DNA from: an uncultured delta proteobacterium
GTDB taxonomy: Bacteria > Desulfobacterota > WTBG01 > CAIYCZ01
Assembly: GCA_963803975.1 (NCBI GenBank)
Contig: CAWDOY010000047.1
Span: 32,001 to 96,000, forward strand
Direction: 5' to 3'
DNA length: 64,000 nt
A model generated the notes under the pieces. The model did no database searches. It was not told the DNA's origin and saw nothing but the letters and a program-made list of their open reading frames with translations. Numbering within the stretch: position 1 is the first letter of the stretch; each line of letters begins with the position of its first letter. This document shows, one piece after another, positions 31,905 to 43,521 of this stretch. The translations under genes and the position numbers were made by a program.

Positions 31905-32831
31905 ATGCTTGAAACCTATATCAAACAGTTCGAGCAGTATCTGCGGATTGAAAAAAATGCCTCTGAGCATACCTGCAGAAATTACCTGCTCGATGTGCGG
32001 GAGTTTGACGGCTTTCTATCCGAAAAAGGCCCTTCATATGTTTCGGGCGTTGCAAGCATTGATAACCTGACCATTCGGGCGTATCTGGGACTGCTGGCAA
32101 AGCAGCACAAAAAATCATCGCAGGCGCGAAAGCTCTCATGCCTCAGGACATTTTTTAAGTTCCTGGTGAGAGAGGGGGTCATAACGGATAATCCTGCAGC
32201 GGCAGTGCGAACCCCGAAGCTTGAAAAATATCTCCCGACGCATCTGACGGTTGACGAGGCGTTTGCCCTGCTTGACTCTGTGCCGGCAGGAGATGTGCAG
32301 CATGCACGGGATCGGGCACTGCTGGAGGTGCTGTATTCTACCGGTATCCGGGTGAGCGAACTGGTGGGCCTGAATCGGGGTGATCTGGAACTGAACCTGG
32401 GCATTATAAAGGTTCTCGGCAAGGGAAGAAAAGAGCGCGTTGTGCCCATCGGTAAAAAAGCCATAGCGGCATTAACCCATTATCTGAATCTAAAAGATAC
32501 CGCACCGGGCACGGATTACCCGCAGGAAGGCAGGACTCAGCCGGCGGCGGTGTTTTTAAATAAAAGCGGCGGTCGCCTGACCGCGCGCAGCGTAGCGCGC
32601 TTTATTGATAAGTATGTACAGCACTGTGGCCTGCAGCGCAGCATCAGCCCGCATTCACTGCGCCATTCGTTTGCAACCCATCTGCTCAACGCAGGCGCAG
32701 ATCTGCGCGCCATTCAGGAGCTTCTGGGGCATGAGAACCTGTCGACCACCCAGAGATATACCCATCTCAATATTGACAAGCTGATGGAAGTATATGACCG
32801 GGCGCATCCCCGGAGCAGGGAAAAGAGGTAA
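31905..32831 (+). CDS. xerC: Tyrosine recombinase XerC
   Basis: [58 protein letters not shown]; upstream of hslVU. Confidence 0.92.
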   Translation: MLETYIKQFEQYLRIEKNASEHTCRNYLLDVREFDGFLSEKGPSYVSGVASIDNLTIRAYLGLLAKQHKKSSQARKLSCLRTFFKFLVREGVITDNPAAAVRTPKLEKYLPTHLTVDEAFALLDSVPAGDVQHARDRALLEVLYSTGIRVSELVGLNRGDLELNLGIIKVLGKGRKERVVPIGKKAIAALTHYLNLKDTAPGTDYPQEGRTQPAAVFLNKSGGRLTARSVARFIDKYVQHCGLQRSISPHSLRHSFATHLLNAGADLRAIQELLGHENLSTTQRYTHLNIDKLMEVYDRAHPRSREKR

Positions 32832-32835
32832 GGTA

Positions 32836-33369
32836 ATGACGGAGTTTCACGGTACAACCATATTAGCCATCCGGCATCAGGGCGCGGTGTGCATCGCCGG
32901 CGATGGGCAGGTGACCTTCAGTTCAACCGTTCTCAAGCACGGAGCAAAAAAAATCAGGCGGATTTATCAGAACAAAGTGCTCGCCGGATTTTCCGGCAGC
33001 ACCGCTGATGCCTTTACGCTGTTTGAAAAATTTGAAGAAAAGCTTGAGCAGTATCATGGCAATATCACCCGGGCTGCGGTAGAACTGGCAAAAGAGTGGC
33101 GGACCGACCGGATGCTGAGAAAGCTTGAGGCGTTGCTGATAGTCGCTGACAGCGAGCACCTCTTTATCATTTCCGGCAATGGGGATGTCATAGAGCCGGA
33201 TGATGATATTGCTGCTATCGGTTCCGGAGGCCCCTATGCCCTTGCTGCTGCGCGCGCGCTGCTCATGCACGCAAAACTCCCGGTGCGGCAGATTGCTGAA
33301 GAAGCAATGAAGATTGCCTCTGATATTTGCATATATACTAATAAAGAAATAACGGTGGATGAGCTGTAA
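32836..33369 (+). CDS. hslV: ATP-dependent protease subunit HslV
   Basis: HGTTILA, AGDGQVT, AIGSGG, ICIYTN. Confidence 0.97.
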   Translation: MTEFHGTTILAIRHQGAVCIAGDGQVTFSSTVLKHGAKKIRRIYQNKVLAGFSGSTADAFTLFEKFEEKLEQYHGNITRAAVELAKEWRTDRMLRKLEALLIVADSEHLFIISGNGDVIEPDDDIAAIGSGGPYALAAARALLMHAKLPVRQIAEEAMKIASDICIYTNKEITVDEL

Positions 33370-33466
33370 AGGGGCAGGCAGATAGGCAGCAAAGGCAACC
33401 CGCCTTCGCTGGCGCTCCGGCGCGGCACAGAGGCACAAAGCTAAACGAAAAGGTATATACGTAATA

Positions 33467-34843
33467 ATGAAACCACTGAGTCCGCGGGAAACTGTTATCG
33501 AGCTTGATAAGTTCATCATCGGCCAGCGCAATGCCAAAAGGGCAGTTGCCATTGCGCTGAGAAACCGGTGGCGGCGGCAGCAGGTGCCGGAAGAGCTGCG
33601 CGATGAAATAGCGCCGAAGAATATCATCATGATGGGCCCGACCGGTGTCGGTAAAACAGAAATTGCCCGCAGACTGGCAAAACTTGCCCAATCGCCGTTC
33701 CTCAAAATCGAGGCATCCAAATTTACCGAGGTCGGCTACGTAGGGCGCGATGTTGAGTCGATGATCCGCGATCTCACCGAGCTGGCGGTGAATCAGGTTA
33801 AGTCTGAAGAGGCGGAGAAAGTGCAGGCAAAAGCGCGGGAGATTGCAGAGGAACGCATTCTGGACATTCTGCTCCCCCCCGCACCGAAGAAGGCGCCACC
33901 GCTGGAAGAGCAGCCTTCTCTCAGCGCAGAAGCCGGTCATGACCAGGCTGATACCAAGCAGCCTCCCTCAACACGTGAAAAGCTGCGAAAAATGCTTCGG
34001 GCAGGAAAGCTTGATGGACGGGAAGTTGAGCTGGAGACGACACAGCAGAACCTCCCGGTGGTTGAAATTTTTTCCGCCTCCGGCATGGAGGAGATGGATA
34101 TTAACATCAAGGATATGTTCGGCAATATGTTCCCCAAAAAGACGCGCAAGAAAAAGGTCAAAGTACCGGAGGCTCTTGAGATCATCACCCGGGAAGAAGC
34201 GCAGAAGCTCGTGGATATGGATCTGGTCACCAGACAGGCAATAGAGCGCGTCGAGCAATCAGGCATCATCTTCCTTGATGAGATTGACAAGATTGCCGGC
34301 CGCGAGCACGCCCAGGGGCCGGATGTTTCGCGGGAAGGTGTGCAGCGGGACCTGCTGCCGATTGTCGAGGGCTCAACCGTAACAACAAAGTACGGCATGG
34401 TAAAAACAGACCACATCCTGTTTATTGCATCCGGTGCCTTTTATGTATCCAAACCCTCTGACCTGATCCCTGAACTGCAGGGCCGCTTTCCCATCAGGGT
34501 TGAGCTTAACTCCCTCTCCCGGGATGATTTTATCAGGATCCTTACCGAGCCGCAGAATGCACTGCTCAAGCAGTATGTTGCACTCATGGAAACCGAGGGC
34601 ATTGCACTGGTGTTCAAACCGGATGCGATCGAGAGGATTGCCGAAATCGCAACGACGGTCAATGAGCGGACCGAAAATATCGGCGCGCGCCGGCTTCACA
34701 CCATAATGGAAAAGCTGCTTGAGGACTACTCCTTTGATGCGCCTGAGATGACGGGAAAGAAAATTGTCATTGACGCTGCCTATGTGGCGCAGAAAATGGA
34801 ACCCCTGCTGAAGGACGAGGATCTGAGCAGATATATACTGTAG
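33467..34843 (+). CDS. hslU: ATP-dependent protease ATPase HslU
   Basis: [45 protein letters not shown]. Confidence 0.98.
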   Translation: MKPLSPRETVIELDKFIIGQRNAKRAVAIALRNRWRRQQVPEELRDEIAPKNIIMMGPTGVGKTEIARRLAKLAQSPFLKIEASKFTEVGYVGRDVESMIRDLTELAVNQVKSEEAEKVQAKAREIAEERILDILLPPAPKKAPPLEEQPSLSAEAGHDQADTKQPPSTREKLRKMLRAGKLDGREVELETTQQNLPVVEIFSASGMEEMDINIKDMFGNMFPKKTRKKKVKVPEALEIITREEAQKLVDMDLVTRQAIERVEQSGIIFLDEIDKIAGREHAQGPDVSREGVQRDLLPIVEGSTVTTKYGMVKTDHILFIASGAFYVSKPSDLIPELQGRFPIRVELNSLSRDDFIRILTEPQNALLKQYVALMETEGIALVFKPDAIERIAEIATTVNERTENIGARRLHTIMEKLLEDYSFDAPEMTGKKIVIDAAYVAQKMEPLLKDEDLSRYIL

Positions 34844-34938
34844 AGAATGTCAAAGGACAAAATCCAAATGACAAATATTTTTTAATGCTATTTGACATTT
34901 GAGCTTTGAAATTTGAAATTGTTTTAAAGGACACAGCC

Positions 34939-35817
34939 ATGTCTCATCCCCAGGATAAAGCAACCGTGCTGATGGAGGCCCTGCCCTATATCAGGTCCTT
35001 CTATCAGAAGACGATTGTGGTAAAATTTGGCGGCCATGCCATGATCGATGAGGAGCTGAAACACAGCTTTGCCATGGACATAACGCTCTTGAGCTACATC
35101 GGCATGCGGCCGGTAGTGGTTCACGGCGGCGGCCCGCAGATCGGGTCGCTGCTGAACAAAATAGGGAAAGAGTCGCGGTTTGTCGGCGGCATGCGGGTCA
35201 CTGACCAGGAAACCATGGACGTGGTGGAAATGGTGCTGGTGGGTAAAATCAACAAGGAGATTGTAAACCTCATCAATCAGAACGGCGGCAAGGCCGTGGG
35301 CTTAAGCGGTAAAGACGGAAATCTTATACAGGCAAAAAAACTGCATCTGCCGGGAAAAGCCGGGAGCAGCAAAGCCTCCGTTGACCTGGGCATGGTTGGC
35401 GAAGTTGCCGCTATTGACCCTCAGGTTATCGATACCCTCGACCAGAGCCAGTTTATTCCGGTCATTGCACCGGTGGGTGTCGGGACTGACGGCCGTACCT
35501 ACAATATCAATGCCGACCTGGTGGCAGGAGAGATCGCCGCCTCCCTCAAGGCTGAAAAGCTCATCCTGCTCACCGATGTGGTGGGGGTAAAAGACGGCAG
35601 GGGGAAACTGGTTTCCTCGCTTGATGCAAAACAGGCGCGCAGCATGCTGCGCTCAGGCGCGATCAGCGGCGGGATGATACCCAAGGTCAACTGCTGCCTC
35701 ACCGCGCTTCAGAAGGGCGTGGCAAAGGCGCACATAATTGACGGCCGGGTCCGGCACGCAATACTGCTGGAGCTTTTTACTGATGGCGGCATCGGCACAC
35801 AGCTGGTGAAAAAATAA
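34939..35817 (+). CDS. argB: Acetylglutamate kinase
   Basis: [29 protein letters not shown]. Confidence 0.97.
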   Translation: MSHPQDKATVLMEALPYIRSFYQKTIVVKFGGHAMIDEELKHSFAMDITLLSYIGMRPVVVHGGGPQIGSLLNKIGKESRFVGGMRVTDQETMDVVEMVLVGKINKEIVNLINQNGGKAVGLSGKDGNLIQAKKLHLPGKAGSSKASVDLGMVGEVAAIDPQVIDTLDQSQFIPVIAPVGVGTDGRTYNINADLVAGEIAASLKAEKLILLTDVVGVKDGRGKLVSSLDAKQARSMLRSGAISGGMIPKVNCCLTALQKGVAKAHIIDGRVRHAILLELFTDGGIGTQLVKK

Positions 35818-35854
35818 AGGGCTTGCGTAACAATATACCTTTCAAGATGGTGCT

Positions 35855-37052
35855 ATGAAAAATACGGTGTCGATTACTGACCAGAATATTTTCCAGACCT
35901 ACAGCAGGTATCCGGTAGTGCTGGTTAAGGGAAAAGGCTCAAAACTCTGGGATGCGCAGGGCAACGAGTATCTTGATTTTCTCTCCGGAATTGCCGTATG
36001 CAACCTCGGGCACTGCCACCCGGCGGTGGTGCGGGCTGCTCAAGCGCAGCTGGGACAGGCTGATCCATGTATCAAATTTTTTCTATACCGAACCCCAGGC
36101 AGAGCTTTCTGAGCTTCTGACCAGGCACTCCTTTGCCGACCGGGTGTTCTTCTGCAACAGCGGCGCAGAAGCCAATGAATCAGCACTGAAGCTGGCGCGC
36201 AAATATTCTCAGGACCGCGGGCATAAAAAACGCTTTGAAGTCATCACCATGCACGATTCTTTTCATGGCCGGACCTTCGCCACGCTTTCAGCAACCGCGC
36301 AGAAAAAATTTCATAAAGGCTTTGAGCCGCTGCTGCCGGGATTTCGCTATGTACCGTTCAATGATATAGCAGCCCTGAAACGAGCTGTCACGCCGCATAC
36401 GTGCGCCGTACTGCTTGAGCCGATTCAGGGAGAAGGCGGGGTCAACATCCCTGACGCTTCCTACTTGAAAAAGGTCAGGCAATTGTGCGACGAGCACGGG
36501 CTGCTGCTCATTTTTGATGAGGTGCAGGTGGGCATGGGCAGGACCGGAAAACTCTTTGCCCATGAGCACTACCGGGTCAAGCCGGACATTATGACGCTGG
36601 CAAAAGCGCTTGCCGGGGGACTTCCGGCCGGAGCCATGCTGGCACGAAAACATATTGCCGAGAGCTTTACCCCCGGCACCCACGCTTCAACCTTTGGCGG
36701 CAACCCGGTTGCCATGGCTGCAGGCGCAGCAGTGATGAAGACCCTGCTGCACGGCGATGTTCTGAACAATTGCCGGATGATGGGCAGCTATTTTATGAAC
36801 GGGCTCATGGCGCTGAAGAAGCGCTACCCCGCCATCATCAAGGAGGTGCGGGGCAAAGGCCTCATCATCGGCATGGAGCTGAACAGAGAGGGCAAGGAGA
36901 TCGTCAGGCAGTGTCTCCGCCAGGGCATCATCATCAACTGCACCATGGACAAAATCCTGCGCTTTGTGCCGCCGCTGATCATTACCAGCAGAGAAATTGA
37001 CCGCTGCCTCAGCGTGCTGGAAAGCATTTTTGCAAAACTGTACATCCCGTAA
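35855..37052 (+). CDS. argD: Acetylornithine aminotransferase (one frameshift near 36054)
   Basis: YLDFLSGIAVCNLGHCHP then NSGAEANE, FHGRT, EPIQGEGG, DEVQ.G.GRTG, TLAKAL; lies between argB and argF. Confidence 0.94.
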
Positions 37053-37107
37053 GCCTTCCCTTGCATAACAGGGGGGCAGCGGTGGATTCACCGTAAGCGA
37101 GTTACCC

Positions 37108-38025
37108 ATGAAACATAAAAAAGACCTTTTAAGCCTCTATGATCTGAAAAAAGAAGAGCTGGAGGAATTCTTAACCAGGGCCCTGGAACTGAAAAAGAAG
37201 CAGAAAAAGGGCGAGCTCTATCATCCGCTCAAGGGAAAAACCCTGGGCATGATCTTTGAGAAGCCATCCACCCGCACCCGCGTCTCCTTTGAGGTCGGGA
37301 TGTTTCAGCTGGGGGGCCTCGCGCTCTATATGCGCTGGACCGATACCCAGCTTGGCCGCGGCGAATCGGTTGCCGATACCGCCCGCACGCTGTCACGGTA
37401 TATGGACGGCATCATGATCCGCACCTTTTCCCAGGCAACCATCGAAGAGTTTGCCCAGAATGCAACGGTCCCGGTTATAAACGGTCTCACTGACCTCTGC
37501 CACCCCTGCCAGATACTGGCAGATATTCTCACCATACGGGAAAAGAGGAAAAGCTTAAAGGGATTGAAAGTAGCCTACATCGGGGACGGCAATAATATCG
37601 CCCATTCCTGGATCCATGCCGCCCTCAGGCTGCAGTTTGATTTGACGGTGGCGTGTCCCAAGACCCACAGCCCTGCTGCTTCTGTTCTGGAAATGGCGCA
37701 GCGGGAGGCAGCATCAAAGATTACGCTGCTCCACGATCCGTTCGAGGCAGTAAAGGATGCCCATGTCATCAGCACTGACACCTGGGTCAGCATGGGACAG
37801 GAAAAAGAGTATCGCGAGCGGATCAAGGCGTTTCAAAACTTTCAGGTAAACACGCGGCTGGTGGAAGCTGCGGCCAGGGATGTCATAGTCATGCACTGCC
37901 TGCCTGCGCACCGGGGGGAAGAGATAACCGACGAGGTGATGGACGGCGAGCATTCGGCTATTTTTGACCAGGCTGAAAACCGTCTGCATATACAGAAGGC
38001 AATACTGGAACTGCTCATGAGCTGA
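37108..38025 (+). CDS. argF: Ornithine carbamoyltransferase
   Basis: STRTR, HPCQ, DTWVSMG, HCLP. Confidence 0.97.
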   Translation: MKHKKDLLSLYDLKKEELEEFLTRALELKKKQKKGELYHPLKGKTLGMIFEKPSTRTRVSFEVGMFQLGGLALYMRWTDTQLGRGESVADTARTLSRYMDGIMIRTFSQATIEEFAQNATVPVINGLTDLCHPCQILADILTIREKRKSLKGLKVAYIGDGNNIAHSWIHAALRLQFDLTVACPKTHSPAASVLEMAQREAASKITLLHDPFEAVKDAHVISTDTWVSMGQEKEYRERIKAFQNFQVNTRLVEAAARDVIVMHCLPAHRGEEITDEVMDGEHSAIFDQAENRLHIQKAILELLMS

Positions 38026-38027
38026 TA

Positions 38028-38096
38028 AGCTGTCAGCTGACAGCCGTCAGCCTAATTTAATTTTTGCTGAAAGCTGACCGCTGACTGCTGATAGCT
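38028..38096. repeat. Empty inverted heptamer array (AGC/TCAGC family)
   Basis: agctgtcagctgacagccgtcagc - 14-nt AT loop - gctgaaagctgaccgctgactgctgatagct. Confidence 0.85.
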
Positions 38097-38114
38097 ACCA
38101 AAGGAGGTTGCAAC

Positions 38115-39332
38115 GTGAAAGACAGTAGTATTAAGAAAGTGGTGCTTGCCTATTCCGGCGGGCTGGATACATCTATTATTCTGAAATGGCTCATTGAAAC
38201 GTACGGGTGTGAAGTCATCGCCTTTGCCGCCGACCTCGGCCAGGGCCAGGAACTGCAGGGGCTTAATGAAAAGGCGCTTAAAACCGGTGCCAGTAAAATT
38301 TATATCGAAGACCTGCGGGAGGAGTTTGTCAAGGATTTCATCTTCCCCATGCTCAGGGCAAATGCCATTTATGAGGGGACCTATATGCTGGGCACCTCTA
38401 TTGCCCGGCCCCTGATTGCCAAAAGGCAGATCGAGATTGCACGCCAGGAAGGCGCTGAAGCTGTTTCCCATGGCTCAACCGGCAAGGGTAATGACCAGGT
38501 GCGCTTTGAACTCACCTACCTTGCCCTGTCACCGCACATAAAGATTATTGCGCCGTGGAGAATCTGGGACTTCAACTCACGCAATGCGCTCATTGATTAT
38601 GCCAAAAAACACGGCATCCCGGTGCCGGTGTCCCAGGAAAAACCCTACAGCAGCGACCGGAACCTGTTTCACATAAGCTTTGAGGGCGGCATCCTTGAGG
38701 ACCCCTGGAGCGAGCCGAAGGAGGACATGTTTCTCCTCAGCGTCTCTCCGGAGAAGGCCCCGGACAAGCCGACCTATATTGAAATCGGCTACGTAAACGG
38801 CGATCCCGTCTCCCTGGACGGGAAAGAAATGAGCCCGGCAACACTGCTCGATAATCTCAACCGGCTCGGAGGAGCGAACGGGATCGGCAGGATTGACATC
38901 GTGGAAAATCGCTATGTGGGCATGAAATCGCGCGGTGTCTATGAAACGCCGGGAGGAACGATCCTGCACAGTGCCCACCGCGCCATGGAGTCAATCACCA
39001 TGGACCGCGAAGTGATGCACTTCAAAGACAGCCTGGTTACCCGGTACGCGGAGCTGGTGTATTACGGTTACTGGTTCGCACCCGAACGCGAAGTGCTGCA
39101 GGGAACTGTTGACGCAACACAGAACAATGTGACCGGCAGCGTGCGCCTGAAACTCTATAAAGGCAACTGTATCGTGGTGGGCAGGAAATCACCCCACAGC
39201 CTCTACCGGCCGGACTTTGCCACCTTTGAGGAGGACAGCGTCTATCAGCAGGCAGATGCCACCGGCTTTATCCGGCTGAATGCGCTGCGGCTGCGGATAC
39301 AGGCTATGGCAAAGGAAAAGTTAGGGAGTTAA
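38115..39332 (+). CDS. argG: Argininosuccinate synthase
   Basis: [31 protein letters not shown]. Confidence 0.98.
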   Translation: MKDSSIKKVVLAYSGGLDTSIILKWLIETYGCEVIAFAADLGQGQELQGLNEKALKTGASKIYIEDLREEFVKDFIFPMLRANAIYEGTYMLGTSIARPLIAKRQIEIARQEGAEAVSHGSTGKGNDQVRFELTYLALSPHIKIIAPWRIWDFNSRNALIDYAKKHGIPVPVSQEKPYSSDRNLFHISFEGGILEDPWSEPKEDMFLLSVSPEKAPDKPTYIEIGYVNGDPVSLDGKEMSPATLLDNLNRLGGANGIGRIDIVENRYVGMKSRGVYETPGGTILHSAHRAMESITMDREVMHFKDSLVTRYAELVYYGYWFAPEREVLQGTVDATQNNVTGSVRLKLYKGNCIVVGRKSPHSLYRPDFATFEEDSVYQQADATGFIRLNALRLRIQAMAKEKLGS

Positions 39333-39443
39333 AGGAGTTATGGAGTGTGGGAGATATAGCGCGGTGAATGAAGGAAAGTATTCCTTGATAACTCCTCAAC
39401 TCTTCAACTCCGCAACTCCACAACTGAATTCAAGAGGGATTGC

Positions 39444-40871
39444 ATGAAAACTAAAAAGCCCTGGTCAGGACGCTTTAAGGAAGCAACCGACGCTCTCGTT
39501 GAGAGCTTCACCGCTTCTATCCAGTTCGACCGGATGCTCTACCAGTACGACATCAGGGGCAGCATTGCCCACTGCCGCATGCTCAAAAAGCAGAAAATCA
39601 TTGCGCCCGCTGAAGCAGCCAGAATCATTGCCGGCCTTAAAGAAATAGAGCGGGAAATCGAGCAGGGGAAACTTGCCTTTACCGCGCGTCTTGAAGATGT
39701 CCACATGCACATTGAAAGCCGCCTGATACAAAAAATCGGCCCGACCGGCGGCAAGCTCCACACGGCGCGCAGCCGTAACGACCAGGTGGCCCTTGACGTG
39801 AGCCTCTACCTGCGGGATGCGGTTATTGATGCCATCCGCCTGCTTAACCGTCTGCAGGAGACGCTTCTTTCCCTGGCAGAAAAACATATCGCTGTCTCTA
39901 TGCCCGGGTTTACTCATTTGCAGCACGCCCAGCCGGTGCTTTTTTCCCATCATCTGATGGCCTATTACGAGATGGTTACCCGGGACCGGGAGCGCATGGA
40001 GTCATGCTTTTCGCGCGTTAACCGCATGCCCCTGGGCGCAGCAGCGCTTGCCGGAACTCCCTATCCCATTGACCGGGAATATGTTGCGCAGCTCCTGGGC
40101 TACCCTCGCGTAACGGCAAACAGTATCGATTCTGTGAGCGACCGGGATATGCTCATCGAGTTCTGCAGTGCCGGCGCAGTTGCCATGATGCACCTCAGCC
40201 GCTTTAGCGAAGAGCTCATCATCTGGTCATCGCCCGAGTTTCAGTTCGTTGAGCTTCCCGATTCATTCTGCACCGGCTCAAGCATCATGCCGCAGAAAAA
40301 GAACCCTGACGTGGCAGAGCTCATCCGGGGGAAAACCGGCCGGGTATATGGGAACCTCATGGCTCTCCTCACCATCATGAAAGCGTTGCCTCTTTCCTAC
40401 AACCGCGATTTACAGGAGGACAAGGAAGCACTGTTCGACACGGTGGAAACACTGAAAAGCTGCCTTGCCGTTTTTACCGCTCTGCTGCCAAAGGTGAAGA
40501 TCAATGAACAGCAGATGAAAAAGGCTGCTCATCAGGGATTTACTACCGCAACCGACCTGGCTGATTACCTGGCAGCGCACGGCATCCCGTTCCGGGACGC
40601 CCATGAAATTGCCGGCCGGATAGTCGCCTCCTGTATCAGCACCGGGAAAACCCTGGAGGATCTCACGCTTGCTGAGCTGCGGAAATTCAGCTCTGCCATA
40701 GCTGCAGATGCGCTCTCGTTTGTGACCGTAGAGCACTCCATCAACAGCCGCGCGGCCATCGGCGGCACAGCGCGGCAGACCGTCGAAAAAGCAATTAAAA
40801 AAGCCCGCGCAGAGCTGAAGAAACAGCGGCGCTTCATTGCAACAGCAGCACCTTCATGGCACAGGGGGTAG
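39444..40871 (+). CDS. argH: Argininosuccinate lyase
   Basis: W.GRF, HTARSRNDQ, GSSIMPQKKNPD, YNRDLQEDK. Confidence 0.98.
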   Translation: MKTKKPWSGRFKEATDALVESFTASIQFDRMLYQYDIRGSIAHCRMLKKQKIIAPAEAARIIAGLKEIEREIEQGKLAFTARLEDVHMHIESRLIQKIGPTGGKLHTARSRNDQVALDVSLYLRDAVIDAIRLLNRLQETLLSLAEKHIAVSMPGFTHLQHAQPVLFSHHLMAYYEMVTRDRERMESCFSRVNRMPLGAAALAGTPYPIDREYVAQLLGYPRVTANSIDSVSDRDMLIEFCSAGAVAMMHLSRFSEELIIWSSPEFQFVELPDSFCTGSSIMPQKKNPDVAELIRGKTGRVYGNLMALLTIMKALPLSYNRDLQEDKEALFDTVETLKSCLAVFTALLPKVKINEQQMKKAAHQGFTTATDLADYLAAHGIPFRDAHEIAGRIVASCISTGKTLEDLTLAELRKFSSAIAADALSFVTVEHSINSRAAIGGTARQTVEKAIKKARAELKKQRRFIATAAPSWHRG

Positions 40872-40877
40872 GCGTAT

Positions 40878-41984
40878 ATGGCGGCGTACCTGAGTATATT
40901 TCGCTTTCATAGGCACCGGCTGCTTTTGCAGCGGGCCGCAGTTATTATTTTCTGTTGTTTCGCGCTGCTTGCATGCGGGAAAAAAGATGACCCTTCGGTT
41001 CCGCACGCGATTGGTCCGGAGCCGGTTAAAAAATTCAGGGCGTTTGCCCGGTCAGGCGGAATCATTCTCGCGTGGAGACCGCCCACAAAAAATACCGACA
41101 AAACGCCGCTTCTTGACCTGGAAAGCTTTAAAATATACCGTGAGGAAGTGGCCGCGGCTGACCGCTGTAAAAAGTGCCCGAAAAACTTCCGCTTCTTTTT
41201 CGAATATGCCTATACAGGTCCGCGGGGGAAAATCCCTGAGCGGGACATGTTTTCCTATATTGACAACGCGGTCAAAACGGACCACGTCTATGCCTATAAA
41301 ATTCAGTGTCTCAATGAGCGGAATATGCTGGGGGCTTCGTCAGAAACCGTGACCGTATTCTGGGACGTGCCTCCATCTCCGCCATCAGACCTGCGGTGTG
41401 AACGGCAAGGGCGCACGCTCCTGTTTGCATGGAAACAGCCCGCAACCGTTGAAGGCGGGAAACCGCTTGAGGGGAAGGTGGGCTTTAATATCTATCGCAG
41501 CCTGCAGAAGGGAACCTATGAAGGATTTCCCCTGAACGCTGAATTGCTCACAGAACCAGCGTATCAGGATACCCCGGATACCTACGACCAGACCTATTTC
41601 TACACGGTCCGTGCCGTCCGGCAAATGTTTGACACCGCCGTTGAAAGCGCTCCCTCAGAGGAATTGGCTCTGCTCTATGAAGACCTGATCCCCCCGGGCG
41701 CCCCGCAGGGGCTGACAGCAATACCTGACCGGAACGGTATGATTTTAAAATGGATAGCAAAGGCTGAACAGGGTGTGGCAGGATTTAATGTGTATCGCAA
41801 AGACGCGGGCGGAGGAGCGTTTGTCCGCCTTAACAAAGAGCTCATTCAGGATAACTCCTGGCGAGACACCACGGCGCGCGTCGGTAAACGCTATATATAC
41901 GCAGTAACCGCGGTTGATCAGTCGCTGCGGAAAAATGAAAGCGAGCTATCAGAGCCGGTCAGTATTCTGCATTTGCCGCAGTAA
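40878..41984 (+). CDS. Lipoprotein with about three fibronectin type III-like domains
   Basis: LLA-CGKK.DP lipobox; repeated W..P...GFNIYR...D.....Y.Y.V.AV...ES pattern; CxxCP insert. Confidence 0.75.
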   Translation: MAAYLSIFRFHRHRLLLQRAAVIIFCCFALLACGKKDDPSVPHAIGPEPVKKFRAFARSGGIILAWRPPTKNTDKTPLLDLESFKIYREEVAAADRCKKCPKNFRFFFEYAYTGPRGKIPERDMFSYIDNAVKTDHVYAYKIQCLNERNMLGASSETVTVFWDVPPSPPSDLRCERQGRTLLFAWKQPATVEGGKPLEGKVGFNIYRSLQKGTYEGFPLNAELLTEPAYQDTPDTYDQTYFYTVRAVRQMFDTAVESAPSEELALLYEDLIPPGAPQGLTAIPDRNGMILKWIAKAEQGVAGFNVYRKDAGGGAFVRLNKELIQDNSWRDTTARVGKRYIYAVTAVDQSLRKNESELSEPVSILHLPQ

Positions 41985-42204
41985 TTAAAGGAATGTCAAA
42001 TGACCAGGCCCAAAGTTCAAGAAAAGATTTTAGCCACAGAACTTCACAGATTTTCACAGAAAGAGATTTTTAACTTCAGTGTTATTCTGTGTTTTCTGTG
42101 GCCATACATAAAAAGTATTTGGTTCCGGCTTGTCCGGGTTAGGCTTTGACATTTATTTGACATTTGAGCTTTGAAATTTGTCATTTACTCTGAGGAAATA
42201 GAGT

Positions 42205-43461
42205 ATGCACGATTTCCAGTACCGGAAAAATGATCTCTGCTGCGAGCAGGTGCCGATTGAAAAAATTGCGGCTGCAGTGGGGACGCCGTTTTATCTCTAC
42301 AGCCGGCAGACGCTGGAAAACCATTTTGCCTCATTTGACGGAGCATTCACGGCCATCCCCCACCTCACCTGCTACTCGGTGAAAGCAAACTCCAATCTCG
42401 CTATCCTGAAAACCTTTGCCCGGCGCGGCGCCGGCGCAGACGTGGTTTCTGGCGGCGAACTGTTCCGCGCCCTGAGCGCCGGTGTCCCGGCGGAAAAAAT
42501 TGTCTATTCCGGGGTCGGCAAGCGGCCGCAGGAAATCACCTATGCACTGGATGCCGGTATCCTCATGTTTAACGTGGAATCACCGCAGGAGCTTGAGCTG
42601 GTGGCAGAGCTTGCGGAAAAAGCAGACCGGAAGGCCCGCATAGCGCTCCGGGTCAACCCGGATATCAACCCCGGGACCCACCCCTACATTTCAACAGGAC
42701 TTAAGGAGAATAAATTCGGCATCAATCTGCAGGACGCGCTGCAGGAATATGAAAAGGCGCGCGACAAAAAACATATTGACATCACCGGTATTGCGTGTCA
42801 TATCGGCTCCCAGATAACCGAGGCCAGCCCGTTTGTTGAAGCCCTGCGAACACTAAAGAAACTGGTCATGGAACTGCAGGGCCGCGGGATAGCCCTGCGC
42901 TACCTTGACCTCGGCGGCGGCCTGGGCATTACCTACAAAAAAGAGTCTCCGCCGCAGCCGCAGCAGTACGCGCAGGAAATTGTCAGCGAGCTGGCCGGAC
43001 TGCCCGTTACCCTCATCCTTGAGCCGGGACGGGTACTGGTGGGCAATGCCGGTATCCTGGTGACGCAGGTGCTCTATACTAAAAATTCCGGCGAGAAAAA
43101 TTTTATCGTGGTGGATGCGGGCATGAATGATCTGATACGGCCCAGCCTCTACGGCTCCTATCAGGGTATCCAGCCGGTCAAGAAAAAAAAGGGGCAGAAA
43201 ATAACTGCCGACATTGTCGGCCCCATCTGCGAGTCCGGGGATTTTATAGCGAAAAAGAGGAAAGTCCCGGCATTCGCTCCCGGTGAGCTTATGGCCGTTA
43301 TGAGTGCCGGTGCGTACGGATTCAGCATGTCATCCAACTATAACTCACGGCCGCGGGTTCCGGAAGTGCTGGTGACCGGTGAAACATGGTCTGTCATCCG
43401 CGAGCGGGAGTCCTATGACGACCTGATCCGGGGCGAAACAATACCCGGGTATTTACGGTAA
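42205..43461 (+). CDS. lysA: Diaminopimelate decarboxylase
   Basis: YSVKAN, KFG, HIGSQ, DLGGG, EPGR, GPICESGD, GAYG..M.SNYN. Confidence 0.97.
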   Translation: MHDFQYRKNDLCCEQVPIEKIAAAVGTPFYLYSRQTLENHFASFDGAFTAIPHLTCYSVKANSNLAILKTFARRGAGADVVSGGELFRALSAGVPAEKIVYSGVGKRPQEITYALDAGILMFNVESPQELELVAELAEKADRKARIALRVNPDINPGTHPYISTGLKENKFGINLQDALQEYEKARDKKHIDITGIACHIGSQITEASPFVEALRTLKKLVMELQGRGIALRYLDLGGGLGITYKKESPPQPQQYAQEIVSELAGLPVTLILEPGRVLVGNAGILVTQVLYTKNSGEKNFIVVDAGMNDLIRPSLYGSYQGIQPVKKKKGQKITADIVGPICESGDFIAKKRKVPAFAPGELMAVMSAGAYGFSMSSNYNSRPRVPEVLVTGETWSVIRERESYDDLIRGETIPGYLR

Positions 43462-43521
43462 CCCGGTGCAGACTGCGGAGATCACAGCAGATAGTTTCCG
43501 TGCCCGCTGCGGATATCTCGT

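Noticed and set aside
31905..32831. Tyrosine recombinase next to the direct repeat as the cassette's integrase
   Set aside because: It lies outside the repeat, has XerC features and sits in the conserved xerC-hslVU-argB context; most likely housekeeping
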